Part shown: in pieces, positions 5,323-15,627 of the stretch
Layout: the number at the start of each line of letters is the position of its first letter
Position numbering within the stretch: position 1 is the first letter of the stretch
Source: Caldimicrobium thiodismutans
Lineage (GTDB): Bacteria > Desulfobacterota > Thermodesulfobacteria > Thermodesulfobacteriales > Thermodesulfobacteriaceae
NCBI RefSeq assembly: GCF_001548275.1
Contig: NZ_AP014945.1
Location: 60,001 to 92,000, forward strand
DNA length: 32,000 nucleotides
Direction: 5' to 3'
Position numbers and translations under genes: made by a program
The notes under the pieces: model-generated
Databases searched by the model: none
What the model saw: only the letters and a program-made list of their open reading frames with translations
Told to the model about the DNA's origin: nothing

Positions 5323-7686
5323 ATGCCCTGGAAAAAGATTGAATTTAAAGATCTTAAAATTGAAGCTCAATTTTCAGAGGGAACTTTAGCCTTTCATCCC
5401 GAGGAGCTTTTTCCTCATCAAGAACGTCTTGAAAAGGCCTTTGATCTGGCCCTAAGGATAAAGGATGAGGGATATAATGTTTATGTTTGTGGCCCAAGAG
5501 GTATTGGCAGAACAAGATATACTTTAAAGCGTATTGAAGAGGTAGCCAGTAATTTTCCTACTCCTCCTGATTTATGTTATATAAATAACTTTGAAGATCC
5601 AGCCAGACCAAAATGTCTTCAACTGCCAGCTGGTTATGGAAAGAAACTTGAAGAAGGTCTTGAGGAGGCTTTAAATTTCCTTAAAAGAGAGACCTTTAAA
5701 TCCTTTGAAGGAAAGGACTACGAAGAAGAACTTTCCAAGCTTACAAAAGAAATTGAAGCTGAGAAAGAGAAGGTTTTTGCCGAGCTTACTGATGCAGCTA
5801 AAAAATATAATTTAATGGTTCTTTTTGGACCACAAGGTGTAAAGCTTTTACCTCTCTTTAAGATTCAGGCCCCTGTTTCTGAAGAAGAGCTTTTTAAAGA
5901 TCCCAGGATCCGGGAGGAGTATCAAAAAAGCTTGATTGAATTTGAACCAACCTTTCGTGAATACATGCGGAAACTTCGTGATCTTGATACCGCCTTTGGA
6001 GAAGCCCTTTTTAAATTAAGAGATAAGATTGCTGAAAATCTTGTAAATAAGGCCTTTGAAAGACTTGAAGAAACCTTTCAAACTTTAGAAGAGGTTAAGC
6101 TCTATTTCCAGAGCCTGAAAAAAGAGATAATTAAGAATATTCATCTCTTTATAGAATGGGAAAAGGCTCGAGGCAATATTATGGTGCAGAGTGGAATTAA
6201 TAAGGCCTTAAATATGTTCAGAATTAATCTTTTAGTTGATAATTCGCAAACTCAAGGTGCCCCGGTTATTTATGAGAAAGTCCCAACTCTAAAGGGACTC
6301 TTTGGACAGATTAATTATCGTGCTGAAATGGGAATCCTATATGCGGATCATCTAAGTCTTACCGCAGGAAGTCTTCACAAGGCAAATGGAGGTTTTCTGG
6401 TAATTGATCTCTGGGAGATTTTGAAAAATCCTTATATGTGGATTATTCTAAAAAGAGCGTTACTTCACAAAAAACTCCACCTCATGGGCGGGATGATGGA
6501 GGAAATCCCTGTTCCCCATGTAGGACTTCTGCCTGAACCAGCTCCCTTCACAACTAAGGTTTTTCTAATCGGAGATCCCTATCTCTATTATCTTCTTTCA
6601 ACTTATGATGAAGAATTTGGAGAACTTTTTAAAATTAAGGCTGAATTTGATCCTATTTTACCCTTAGATGAGCTAACAGTTAAAACCTTTCCCAGAATAG
6701 TGAAAAAAATGATTCAGGATGACGGTCTGAAAGAGCTTTCTGCTCAGGGCTTAAATGAACTTTTGAGGTATGCTATTACTGAATCAGGCCATAGAAAAAA
6801 GGTTAAATTTATTTTGGAAGATCTTAAAAATGTATTGAGAGAGGCTAACTACCTTTCTAAAAATCAGGAGATAACTTCAGAAGATATTCAAAGAGCATTA
6901 AAAGAAAAGATAAATCGCATGAACCTCTTAGAGGAAAAGATCAGGGAATATATTAAAGAAGGGAAAATACTTCTTTCTGTTGAGGGAAAAAAGATCGGTC
7001 AGATTAACGGTTTAAGTGTAATTAGCCTTGGAGACTATGCCTTTGGCAGGCCTTCAAGAATCACTGCCTCTGTTTATCCAGGTTCTAAAGGGGTAATCAA
7101 TATTGAAAGAGAAATAGAAATGAGTGGTCCAATTCATACTAAGGGAGTTCTTACCCTTTCATCCTATATTTTTCATCGCTATGGTGAAGATTTTCCTCTT
7201 CAACTTTCCTGCACACTCACCTTTGAGCAAGCCTATGAACCTGTTGAGGGCGATAGTGCTTCTTGCGCAGAACTAATAGCTATCCTCTCTGCCATTGCCC
7301 AGATTCCTTTAAGGCAGGATATTGCTGTCACTGGCTCTATCGATCAATTTGGAAATCTTCAGCCCGTAGGTGGAATTAAAGAGAAGGTGGAAGGGTTTTA
7401 TCGGATCTGTAAAATATTAAATTTCACTGGAAAACAGGGTGTTATAATCCCTGTGCAAAATGTAGATAATCTCCTTTGCGATGAAGAACTTCTTGAAGAT
7501 ATCAAAGGAGAAAGGTTTAATCTCTATTCCGCTGAGACCGTTGATGATGTTATTGAACTTCTTACAGGATTAAAGGCAGAAAAATTTCATAAAAAAGTCT
7601 ATGAAAGATTAAAGAAATTTTACGAACTCTCCAAAGAAACCCCAATTAAGAAGAAAAAAAGAAAAAAATCCCCTAAAAAGAAATAA
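5323..7686 (+). CDS. Lon-like protease (LonB/LonC type): AAA-like domain with long helical insertion plus C-terminal Ser-Lys protease domain
   Basis: 787 aa. C-terminal Lon protease domain has GDSAS (catalytic Ser context) and GGIKEK (Lys). The N-terminal P-loop is degenerate (GPRGIGRT, nt 5491-5514) and the Walker B position reads VIDLWE. Lys-rich tail KKKKRKKSPKKK. Confidence 0.8.
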   Translation: MPWKKIEFKDLKIEAQFSEGTLAFHPEELFPHQERLEKAFDLALRIKDEGYNVYVCGPRGIGRTRYTLKRIEEVASNFPTPPDLCYINNFEDPARPKCLQLPAGYGKKLEEGLEEALNFLKRETFKSFEGKDYEEELSKLTKEIEAEKEKVFAELTDAAKKYNLMVLFGPQGVKLLPLFKIQAPVSEEELFKDPRIREEYQKSLIEFEPTFREYMRKLRDLDTAFGEALFKLRDKIAENLVNKAFERLEETFQTLEEVKLYFQSLKKEIIKNIHLFIEWEKARGNIMVQSGINKALNMFRINLLVDNSQTQGAPVIYEKVPTLKGLFGQINYRAEMGILYADHLSLTAGSLHKANGGFLVIDLWEILKNPYMWIILKRALLHKKLHLMGGMMEEIPVPHVGLLPEPAPFTTKVFLIGDPYLYYLLSTYDEEFGELFKIKAEFDPILPLDELTVKTFPRIVKKMIQDDGLKELSAQGLNELLRYAITESGHRKKVKFILEDLKNVLREANYLSKNQEITSEDIQRALKEKINRMNLLEEKIREYIKEGKILLSVEGKKIGQINGLSVISLGDYAFGRPSRITASVYPGSKGVINIEREIEMSGPIHTKGVLTLSSYIFHRYGEDFPLQLSCTLTFEQAYEPVEGDSASCAELIAILSAIAQIPLRQDIAVTGSIDQFGNLQPVGGIKEKVEGFYRICKILNFTGKQGVIIPVQNVDNLLCDEELLEDIKGERFNLYSAETVDDVIELLTGLKAEKFHKKVYERLKKFYELSKETPIKKKKRKKSPKKK

Positions 7687-7687
7687 T

Positions 7688-9607
7688 TTATATCTTTCTT
7701 GGAACCCTTTTATCCCCAACCCTAAGTGTTATTTTTTGTTTATCAAGATATTCTAAAATGGGAATGAGATATTTTCTTGAAACTCCCTCGCCAACAATCT
7801 TTTTAAAGTCTCCAATTGTTAGTTCTGAATGATTTTTAAAAAAGGCCTTTACATCCTCTTCAATTTTTCTTAGCACCTTGCTATGAAAAATAAGCTTTTC
7901 TGAAAGTTTAACAAGAATTCCTTCCCTGAGTAATAATTTTAAGACCTCCTCTGCTGCTTTTACATCTTTTCCAAATTCCAGTAGAATTTCCTCAACATCT
8001 CGTGGTGTTAGACCTTCTTTTAAAAATTTTTCTTGAAGTTGCTTTTTAAGTTCTTCTAATGTTGAAGATTTTTTCTGAAATTCAGGTATAAAATAAAGTT
8101 CCCTTTCTCTTTGAATGACTCCTTCGTGAATAAGATCCTCTAAAGCCCTTTCAAAGAGTATTTCTCGAGGGTCAAGAGACAATCTGCTTTTTAAAAATTC
8201 CTTGGTAAGACCAGGAGAAAAAGGGTTACTCTCATGAAATTTACGAAGTCTCTCAATTATCTCCCTTTTTAAGTGCTCAAGGGCCTTAAAGGTAAAAAGA
8301 AAGATGGTATCTCCCGCTTTAATCTCTAAAATATTGGATTTAAGATTAGAGATCATCTGGAGTAAATTTTTTCCAAAAATACTAACTGAAAGGGAGAGTT
8401 CTCTTAGAGAAATCCCTCTGCCCCCTTTTTTTTCAATATAATAAAGAATAAGGGACTCATCTTTGGAAGAGGCTAAAAATTCAAGTTCCTTTCTTTCCCA
8501 GGGTTTAGTTCTTTTTCTTCTCTGGGAAAGGGGATTTAATATTACACCACCTCCAACAGTCTCATTGGTTCCTGGTCTTCTTAATATGAATCTATCTCCA
8601 CGCCAGGCACAGAGAGGTTTCTGTAAAAATATTTGAGCAATATCCTCTTCATCTTTAAGATAATCTTTATTGAAAAGGATTAATTTTCCCAGAATCTCTG
8701 AGGTCCCAACATAGAATAACAAGGTTTCAAAGGCCTTAAGAGGTGGCTCTACTTCTTTTAAAACCTTAATTTTTACATCTATCCATTGAGAAGGCTCAAG
8801 GACCTCTGGTTCAGCCAGCACATCTCCACGCTTGATTTCCTCTTTTTCAGCCCCAAGAATATTTACAGCAACCCTCATCCCTGCAAAGGCCTTTTCAACG
8901 GACTCACCATGAACCTGAAGATTTCTAACCTTTACCCTTTTCTGATGGGGATAGAGCATAAGTTCCTGATTTAGAGAAACCTCTCCGGAAAGAGCAGTTC
9001 CCCTAACGACTAATCCAAATCCTTTAATAAGGAAGACCCCATCAATAGGAAGTCTAAAAGGAAGAGTCCTCTCGCGTATTCTTAAGGTTTTTGCTTTTTC
9101 ATCAAGGATTTTTATGAGTTCTTCTTTCCCCTGAAGAGTAACTGCAGAAAAAGGCACAATAGGAGCGCCTTTTAAAAAGGTGCCTTTTAAATAATCTTCA
9201 ACCTCAGCCTTTACAAGCTCCAGCCATTCCTCGTCAACAAGGTCAATCTTAGTTAGGACTACAACTCCCTCTTTGATTCCGAGAAGTTCACAGATTTCTA
9301 AATGTTCCCTCGTTTGAGGCATAATGCCCTCATCAGCTGCTATAACAAGCATTACAAGATCAATGCCAGATGCTCCTGCCACCATGTTGCGAATAAAGCG
9401 TTCATGCCCTGGAACATCAACGATGCTGGCTTGAATCCCTGAAGGCAATTGAAGTTTAGCGAATCCTATATCAATAGTTATACCACGCTCTTTTTCTTCT
9501 CTTAAACGATCAGTATCAATTCCTGTTAGAGCCTTAACAAGAGCAGTTTTTCCATGATCTATGTGACCAGCGGTTCCTATGACTAAACTTCGCTTAACTT
9601 CATTCAT
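7688..9607 (-). CDS. selB: Selenocysteine-specific translation elongation factor
   Basis: 639 aa. GTPase motifs [19 protein letters not shown] and TKIDL, followed by the long C-terminal winged-helix extension characteristic of bacterial SelB. Confidence 0.9.
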   Translation of the reverse strand: MNEVKRSLVIGTAGHIDHGKTALVKALTGIDTDRLREEKERGITIDIGFAKLQLPSGIQASIVDVPGHERFIRNMVAGASGIDLVMLVIAADEGIMPQTREHLEICELLGIKEGVVVLTKIDLVDEEWLELVKAEVEDYLKGTFLKGAPIVPFSAVTLQGKEELIKILDEKAKTLRIRERTLPFRLPIDGVFLIKGFGLVVRGTALSGEVSLNQELMLYPHQKRVKVRNLQVHGESVEKAFAGMRVAVNILGAEKEEIKRGDVLAEPEVLEPSQWIDVKIKVLKEVEPPLKAFETLLFYVGTSEILGKLILFNKDYLKDEEDIAQIFLQKPLCAWRGDRFILRRPGTNETVGGGVILNPLSQRRKRTKPWERKELEFLASSKDESLILYYIEKKGGRGISLRELSLSVSIFGKNLLQMISNLKSNILEIKAGDTIFLFTFKALEHLKREIIERLRKFHESNPFSPGLTKEFLKSRLSLDPREILFERALEDLIHEGVIQRERELYFIPEFQKKSSTLEELKKQLQEKFLKEGLTPRDVEEILLEFGKDVKAAEEVLKLLLREGILVKLSEKLIFHSKVLRKIEEDVKAFFKNHSELTIGDFKKIVGEGVSRKYLIPILEYLDKQKITLRVGDKRVPRKI

Positions 9608-9608
9608 T

Positions 9609-11681
9609 TCAGGCTAAAGAAGAAAGATCACCAAAACTATAAAAATACTCAGAAACCCTTTTTAAAAGGGAAAGACGATTAAAACGAAGCTTTTCCTCAT
9701 CCACCATCACAAATACCTCGTCAAAGAAAGTGTCAATCAAAGGTTTAAATTGAAGTAATTCCTCAAGATATTTTAAGTAATTTTTTTCTAATTCTAACTG
9801 AAGTAAAATGGGTTCAAGGGTAGAACTCTTTTCAAAGAGTCTCTTTTCAGCTTCATATTCAAATAGCTGGGGATCTATAGCTGGAAGAGTAGTTAAATCA
9901 ATATTTTTAAGAATCTGAGTTATCCGTTTAAAAAGAGTAGCAAGGTCTTGAAAATCTTCCCTTGGAAAAATTTCCTTAAGAGCCTTTAATTTTAGATGTT
10001 GAATATGAGGATTGAGAGGTTGATCAATAACTACTTGTATAAAATTTTTCGTAAAATCAATTGATAAAAACTCACCTTCAAGGCGTTTTCTTAAAAATTC
10101 CAAAAGATCCTGTAGGGCCCTTTTATTTTTTAAATAACCCTGATTTTTGAGCAGAGAAAGAGAAAAATCTAAAAGGGGTTCAAGCTTTAGATCTATTTCT
10201 TTTATCAGCAGTATTTTAATTATCCCATAGGCAGCCCTGCGTAAGGCATAGGGGTCGCCTTCACCACTTACTTTTTCTCCAGCTCCGATAAGAGCACAGA
10301 GATGATCTATTTTGTCAGCAAGAGATAAAATTATTCCTAAGGTTGTTTCAGGATAGGCCTCATCCTTAGGGGATGGAAGATACTGCTCGTATATTGCAGG
10401 AGCAATATTTTTTTCTCCCTCCAAAGAAAGGTATTGATTTCCCATATAGCCTTGAAGACCTGGAAATTCCTTTACTACTTCAGTAGCAAGGTCAGCTTTC
10501 GCATATAAACAGGCTTTTTCTATATCCTGAGGAGAAATATAAGGAAAAAGGTGCTTTCCAAGATATTTACCTATTCCAATAAGCCTTTCGGTTTTTTCAA
10601 AAAGGGTTCCGCATTTTATGTGATATACAATACCCTTAAGTTTTTCCACATAGCTTTTAAGAGGTCTTTTAATGTCTCTTTCATAGTAAAAAAGGGCATC
10701 TTCTAATCTTGCTCTGGCTACCCTTTCATGTCCTTGAATAACGATTTCAGGATTTTTGGGTTTATTATTGTTTACTGCGATAAAATAGGGCAGTAGCTCT
10801 CCTCTGTTGTTTCTTAAAAAAAAGTAGCGTTGGTGCTCCTGAAGGGCAGTAATAACAAGTTTTTCAGGTAATTTTAAGAACTTTTCAGAGAATTTACCCA
10901 GAACAGGAAAGGAATATTCAAGAAGATTTGCATTTTCTCTCAAAAGATCTTCCTCTATAACTGGGATTCCAATATTAACTGAGACTTCATGAATACTTTT
11001 CAAGGTGTGATTTTTTCTCTCTTCTACCTCAAGGATAACATAGTTTTTTAAAAGCTCCTCTTTATAATATTCCCAATTTGCAGAGGCAATATTTATTGGG
11101 CCAGGAGAGAGGAAGCGATGTCCATAGGTTAACCTTTGACTTTTAATAGTAGCAATCTCCAAAGGGATAAGTTCTTCTCCATAAAGGGCAAGGAACCATT
11201 TTATTGGTCTTGCAAAGGTAAAGTCAAAGTTTCCCCAGTGCATCCTTTTAGGGAAGTAGATATTATGTAAAAGTTCAATTAAAAAATTTGGCAAAAGTTC
11301 TATGGTTTTTTGACCGGAAATTAATTTTTTAAGACAAAAATAAGGCCCTTTAGGAGTATCCTTGATAAAAAGTTGATTGAGTTCTGCTGAATGTTTTTTT
11401 ACAAATCCAAGAAGAGCAGGGGTGTAATTCCCCTTTTCATCTTGACCAATTTTTAGGGATGGTCCTAATATCTCTTCTTCTTTATCGCTCTGTTTTTCTG
11501 CTAAGGCCTCTATAAAAAGACTTAGCCTTCGACAGGTTCCACCAACTTTTATATCTTCAAAGGTTAATTCAAGGTCTTTCAATTTTTTTTGAGTAAAGCT
11601 TAAAATACTTTCAAGAGCTGGTTCAATAAAACGAGCAGGAAGTTCTTCTGTTCCGATTTCAAAGAGTAGATTTTTACTCAT
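9609..11681 (-). CDS. glyS: Glycine-tRNA ligase beta subunit
   Basis: 690 aa. N-terminus [11 protein letters not shown] is typical of GlyS. Overlaps the glyQ stop by 4 nt. Confidence 0.92.
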   Translation of the reverse strand: MSKNLLFEIGTEELPARFIEPALESILSFTQKKLKDLELTFEDIKVGGTCRRLSLFIEALAEKQSDKEEEILGPSLKIGQDEKGNYTPALLGFVKKHSAELNQLFIKDTPKGPYFCLKKLISGQKTIELLPNFLIELLHNIYFPKRMHWGNFDFTFARPIKWFLALYGEELIPLEIATIKSQRLTYGHRFLSPGPINIASANWEYYKEELLKNYVILEVEERKNHTLKSIHEVSVNIGIPVIEEDLLRENANLLEYSFPVLGKFSEKFLKLPEKLVITALQEHQRYFFLRNNRGELLPYFIAVNNNKPKNPEIVIQGHERVARARLEDALFYYERDIKRPLKSYVEKLKGIVYHIKCGTLFEKTERLIGIGKYLGKHLFPYISPQDIEKACLYAKADLATEVVKEFPGLQGYMGNQYLSLEGEKNIAPAIYEQYLPSPKDEAYPETTLGIILSLADKIDHLCALIGAGEKVSGEGDPYALRRAAYGIIKILLIKEIDLKLEPLLDFSLSLLKNQGYLKNKRALQDLLEFLRKRLEGEFLSIDFTKNFIQVVIDQPLNPHIQHLKLKALKEIFPREDFQDLATLFKRITQILKNIDLTTLPAIDPQLFEYEAEKRLFEKSSTLEPILLQLELEKNYLKYLEELLQFKPLIDTFFDEVFVMVDEEKLRFNRLSLLKRVSEYFYSFGDLSSLA

Positions 11682-12520
11682 GCTTTCCTCTCAAGCCAGG
11701 TTTCCGCAGCTCTTTTAGCTAATGCCCTAACTCGGGCAATAAAATTAGCTCTTTCCACTGGAGATAAAGCCCCTCTGGCATCAAGAAGATTAAAGGTATG
11801 AGAGCACTTAAGCACATAGTCATAGCCGGGAAGGGCAAGTCCAAGTTCAAAAAGCCTCTTGGCTTCAGCTTCAAATCTATCAAAAAGTTCCTTTAAAAGA
11901 GTAATATCAGCCACCTCAAAATTAAAAATAGAAAATTCCACTTCTCCTCTTAAGTGCACCTCTCCATAGGTAACATTCTTGTTCCACTTGAGTTCAAAGA
12001 CATTATCAATCCCTTGGAGATACATGGTAAGTCTTTCTAAGCCGTAGGTAATCTCAACTGTAACAGGTCTACACTCGAATCCTCCCACCTGTTGAAAATA
12101 AGTAAACTGGGTAATCTCCATACCATCAAGCCAGACTTCCCACCCAAGCCCCCAGGCTCCAAGCGTTGGAGATTCCCAGTCATCCTCTACAAAGCGAATA
12201 TCGTGCTCTGAAGGATCTATCCCAAGAAATTTTAAACTTTCTAAATATTTTTCTTGAATATCAAGAGGGGATGGTTTAATGATAACCTGATATTGATAAT
12301 AATGCTGCAAGCGATTGGGATTTTCACCATATCTTCCATCCGTTGGCCTTCTGGATGGAGCAACATAGGCACAAGCCCAGGGCTCTGGGCCAAGGGCTCT
12401 TAAAAAGGTTGCTGGATGAAAGGTTCCAGCTCCAGATTCCACATCATAGGGCTGGAGGATTAGGCAACCCTCTTTAGCCCAAAAAGAATTAAGTCTGGCA
12501 ATAACCTCTTGAAAATACAT
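11678..12520 (-). CDS. glyQ: Glycine-tRNA ligase alpha subunit
   Basis: 280 aa, highly conserved GlyQ sequence ([38 protein letters not shown]-like block). Confidence 0.95.
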   Translation of the reverse strand: MYFQEVIARLNSFWAKEGCLILQPYDVESGAGTFHPATFLRALGPEPWACAYVAPSRRPTDGRYGENPNRLQHYYQYQVIIKPSPLDIQEKYLESLKFLGIDPSEHDIRFVEDDWESPTLGAWGLGWEVWLDGMEITQFTYFQQVGGFECRPVTVEITYGLERLTMYLQGIDNVFELKWNKNVTYGEVHLRGEVEFSIFNFEVADITLLKELFDRFEAEAKRLFELGLALPGYDYVLKCSHTFNLLDARGALSPVERANFIARVRALAKRAAETWLERKA

Positions 12521-12525
12521 AGGCC

Positions 12526-13572
12526 TTAGATTAACTGAACCTGAGATTCCTTTTCTTGTAATTTTTCAACATGTCCGAGAATATAAGATATTTCTCCTAA
12601 GGCATTTAAAAAGGCTATTACTTCATCTACTGATGATTTATCTACAATAAGAGCCATTCCGATTCCACAATTAAAGACATGATACATTTCCTCTTCACTG
12701 ATATTTCCTAATTTCTGTAGGTATTTAAAAACTGGTGGCCATTCCCAGGCTTTTTTTTCTAAAACCACTTTACAATTTCTGGGTAAAATTCTGGGAATAT
12801 TATCGTAAAAGCCTCCCCCTGTAATGTGGGCGATACCTTTTATTTTAAGCCCTTTATTTATTAGGGTTAATATGGTAGGAACATAGATCTTAGTTGGTGT
12901 AAGTAATTCTTCAGCTAAGGGTTTTCCAAGCTCAGGTGGAATATAATCAAGGGAAAATTTATGTTCATCAAGAATAATTTTTCTGACAAGAGAAAAACCA
13001 TTACTATGTAATCCACTTGAGGCAAGTCCTATCACAACATCCCCAATAGAGATCTCTGAACCATCAATGATTCTATCTCTTTCTACAATTCCCACTACAA
13101 ATCCAGCAAGATCATAATCTTCTTCAGCATACATCCCTGGCATTTCAGCTGTCTCACCACCCAATAAGGCACACTGGGATACCTCACACCCCTTGGTGAT
13201 TCCCTCTATAAGTTCGTTAAAAACCTTTTCATTAAATTTTCCCATGGCAATATAATCTAAAAAGAAAAGGGGCCTTGCCCCTGTGGTAATAATATCATTT
13301 ACACACATGGCTACCAGATCAATGCCTATCCCGGTATGAAGATCAGCAAGTATGGCTAATTTAATTTTAGTACCCACTCCATCCGTTGAAGACACAAGCA
13401 CGGGATTTCTGCAACAGGAAAGATCAAGAGAATACAACCCCGCATAACCACCGATATCATGAATAACTCCCTTTTGAGGGAGTTTTTGGGTCTTTCTTTT
13501 CACTATTTCTATTAGCAGATTAGCCTTTTCAAGGTCAACTCCAGCCTCTTTATACCGCTCTGCCTCTCTCAT
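12526..13572 (-). CDS. purM: Phosphoribosylformylglycinamidine cyclo-ligase (AIR synthetase)
   Basis: 348 aa. Motifs YKEAGVD, GGYAGLY, TDGVGTK and GGETAEMPG. Confidence 0.93.
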   Translation of the reverse strand: MREAERYKEAGVDLEKANLLIEIVKRKTQKLPQKGVIHDIGGYAGLYSLDLSCCRNPVLVSSTDGVGTKIKLAILADLHTGIGIDLVAMCVNDIITTGARPLFFLDYIAMGKFNEKVFNELIEGITKGCEVSQCALLGGETAEMPGMYAEEDYDLAGFVVGIVERDRIIDGSEISIGDVVIGLASSGLHSNGFSLVRKIILDEHKFSLDYIPPELGKPLAEELLTPTKIYVPTILTLINKGLKIKGIAHITGGGFYDNIPRILPRNCKVVLEKKAWEWPPVFKYLQKLGNISEEEMYHVFNCGIGMALIVDKSSVDEVIAFLNALGEISYILGHVEKLQEKESQVQLI

Positions 13573-13612
13573 ATCAACAAAACCCCCAGATAAAACAACC
13601 TCTAAAAAGATA

Positions 13613-13671
13613 ATTTTAGCTTATATTTGACCAAAAGCAAGCCTTGTGTATGCGTCTATAACTTTTGAAAT
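13613..13671 (-). promoter_or_regulatory. Upstream box plus candidate promoter of purM-glyQ-glyS-selB
   Basis: Minus strand reads ATTTCAAAAGTTATAGACGCATACA (13671-13647), then -35 TTGCTT (13640-13635), 16-nt spacer, -10 TAAAAT (13618-13613). Confidence 0.6.
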
Positions 13672-13753
13672 TTAAATCTACCTATTTGGGGCATATCAAT
13701 CTGCTTTACCCTTAAGTTGTATTGCCTACCCTATGTAAATCTCGTAAATCCCC

Positions 13754-13778
13754 TTGTAGGGCAAACATATGTGTTTGC
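13754..13778. promoter_or_regulatory. X box shared with 4134-4158; contains the perfect palindrome GCAAACA-TATG-TGTTTGC (13761-13778)
   Basis: TTGTAGGGCAAACATATGTGTTTGC compared with TTGTAGGGACAAACCTATGTGTTTT at 4134-4158. 7-bp inverted arms with a 4-nt centre, located in the divergent purM/topA control region. Confidence 0.45.
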
Positions 13779-13879
13779 AAGCTGTAGGTCTTTGCTTTAT
13801 TGGCAGACACTAAAACCTTTTGCGGATCAATTTTGTAAGGAAAATATTATTCAGAAGGTATCTATTTCATTGATAGAAA

Positions 13880-13938
13880 GGTCTCAAAAAATATGGATGC
13901 ATATATGTAGTTGACGAAACCAAATTTGCTATTAATTT
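13880..13938 (+). promoter_or_regulatory. Upstream box plus candidate promoter of topA-cbiL-cbiF-cbiGH-orf-cobU
   Basis: GGTCTCAAAAAATATGGATGCATATA at 13880-13905. -35 TTGACG at 13911-13916, 16-nt spacer, -10 TAATTT at 13933-13938. The ATG at 13948 is only ~10 nt after the -10 and has no SD. Confidence 0.6.
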
Positions 13939-13947
13939 AAATTTTCA

Positions 13948-15627
13948 ATGACTAAAAAGCTTAATGGTAAAAATAAATTTCTTTTCATTGTTGAATCACC
14001 AAGTAAGATTAAGACTTTAAGTAAAATTCTAAATAATTCAGGGCATTCCTTTCTTTTTTTAGCTACCTTTGGACATATTAAGGATCTTCCAATAAAAAGT
14101 ATGGGAATAAATCCCCATACCTTTGACCCCTATCTTGAAGTTCTTAATTCTAAAAGAGCTGTTTTATCTAAATTAAAAAAACTTCTCTCTTCAGTAAATA
14201 AAATTTACATTGCAACTGACCCAGACCGCGAAGGTGAGGCTATTGGATATCATCTTCTTGAATATATTCAGAAAAACCAACCTTTTCCTTTAGAAATTAA
14301 ACGCATTGAGCTTAGAGAAATTACTGAAATTGGTATCAAAAATGCCTTTAATAACTTAAGAGATATTGATGAAAATCTTTACACTGCCTGGAAAGCAAGA
14401 AGAGTGCTTGATAGACTTATTGGCTATAAAGTATCCCCCTTTTTATCCAAAAATTTTAAAAAGGCCCTTTCTGCTGGAAGGGTTCAAAGTCCTGCTCTAA
14501 GACTTATTACAGAGAGGGAAAAGGAAATCGAAACCTTTAGACCAGAAAAGAGCTATTCTCTTATGGTGATAGCAGAGTCTTCTTCAGGAGAGTGCTTTGA
14601 AATTGAACTTTTCTCAAAAAAAGAATTACTTAAAACTAAAAACTCAGAAGGATTATTAGAAATTTTTAAAGAATATCTTGAAGGAAAAGAGATAGAGCTT
14701 TCTTCTATTAAAGATAAAACCTTGAAAAAATATCCGCCTCAACCTTTAAAGACAAGCACTTTGATTGAAGTTGCTGGCAAATTTTTGGGGCTTTCTCCTA
14801 AGGAGACCATGAAGATAGCTCAGACCCTTTATGAAGAAGGATACATAACTTACATGAGAACAGATTCAACAAGGGTAAGTCCTTTGGCTAAGAAGGAGGC
14901 TAAAGCTTATATTGAGAGGCTTTTTGGGAAAGAATATGTGGGAGGTGAGAGAAAGGTTAAGTTATCAGCCCATGCCCAGGATGCTCACGAATGCATAAGA
15001 CCAACTCAAATCCTGAGACAAACACCTCCTATAGGGAAAAGGGAAAGAGCCCTCTATGAACTCATAAAAAGGATTTTTCTTGCCTCACAGATGAGGGAGG
15101 CTATTTATGCGGAGAGAATGTATGTGTTTAAAAATGCATATCTTCCAAAGGATCTCAAACTTATTCTAAAAAGGCAAAAGTTGGTTTTTGATGGATATTT
15201 ACTTCTCCTTGGCAGGGAAGAAAAAGAAGATAAAGATTTTCCAGACCTAAGAGAGGGTGACCTCTTAAAAATAAAAGGTTATAAAATCAAAGAGCATATC
15301 ACTAAGCCACCTGAGAGATATACTCCTCAATCTCTAATTAAAAAATTGGAGGCCCTTGGTATTGGCAGACCTTCAACTTATGCAAGCATGCTTGATATTC
15401 TTTTCACAAGAGGTTATATAGAAGAAGAGGGAAGGTATCTTAAACCAACAGAGCTTGGCAGAAGGGTTTGTGAATTTTTAGAAAGGGTAACCCCACTTTT
15501 TATGGATTATCAATTTACTGCTAACCTGGAAAAAGCCCTTGATGAAATAGCGGAGGAAAAGAGAAGTTATTATTCTACAGTTAAAGAAGTCTTTGAAATC
15601 TTAGAGGGTTATCTTTCAAAAAGATGA
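13948..15627 (+). CDS. topA: Type IA DNA topoisomerase, core only (no C-terminal zinc-ribbon region)
   Basis: 559 aa. Toprim motifs FIVESPSK and TDPDREGEAI, SAGRVQSPALRLI, and active-site Tyr context EGYITYMRTDS. Ends right after the conserved core. Stop overlaps the cbiL start (ATGA). Confidence 0.88.
   Translation: MTKKLNGKNKFLFIVESPSKIKTLSKILNNSGHSFLFLATFGHIKDLPIKSMGINPHTFDPYLEVLNSKRAVLSKLKKLLSSVNKIYIATDPDREGEAIGYHLLEYIQKNQPFPLEIKRIELREITEIGIKNAFNNLRDIDENLYTAWKARRVLDRLIGYKVSPFLSKNFKKALSAGRVQSPALRLITEREKEIETFRPEKSYSLMVIAESSSGECFEIELFSKKELLKTKNSEGLLEIFKEYLEGKEIELSSIKDKTLKKYPPQPLKTSTLIEVAGKFLGLSPKETMKIAQTLYEEGYITYMRTDSTRVSPLAKKEAKAYIERLFGKEYVGGERKVKLSAHAQDAHECIRPTQILRQTPPIGKRERALYELIKRIFLASQMREAIYAERMYVFKNAYLPKDLKLILKRQKLVFDGYLLLLGREEKEDKDFPDLREGDLLKIKGYKIKEHITKPPERYTPQSLIKKLEALGIGRPSTYASMLDILFTRGYIEEEGRYLKPTELGRRVCEFLERVTPLFMDYQFTANLEKALDEIAEEKRSYYSTVKEVFEILEGYLSKR

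Noticed and set aside
5323-7686. Lon-like protease as part of a defence system (for example BREX BrxL-like).
   Set aside because: It has no methyltransferase, phosphatase, helicase or other defence-type neighbours. It is flanked by tRNA-Pro and selB, and its architecture fits stand-alone LonB/LonC-type housekeeping proteases.
13717-13914. 65-aa ORF in the purM/topA divergent region.
   Set aside because: It covers the X box, short repeats and the topA upstream box. There is no SD, and it is Cys/Tyr-rich, unlike the real proteins here. Judged spurious.
13573-13947. Cobalamin riboswitch upstream of topA-cbiL. The regions 23454-23755 and 30429-30978 were examined in the same way.
   Set aside because: None of the conserved blocks (AGGGAA, GGTGAAAATCC, CCACTG, B12 box) could be located by eye on the relevant strand, and the predicted leaders are too short. 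A covariance-model search is still needed to be sure.
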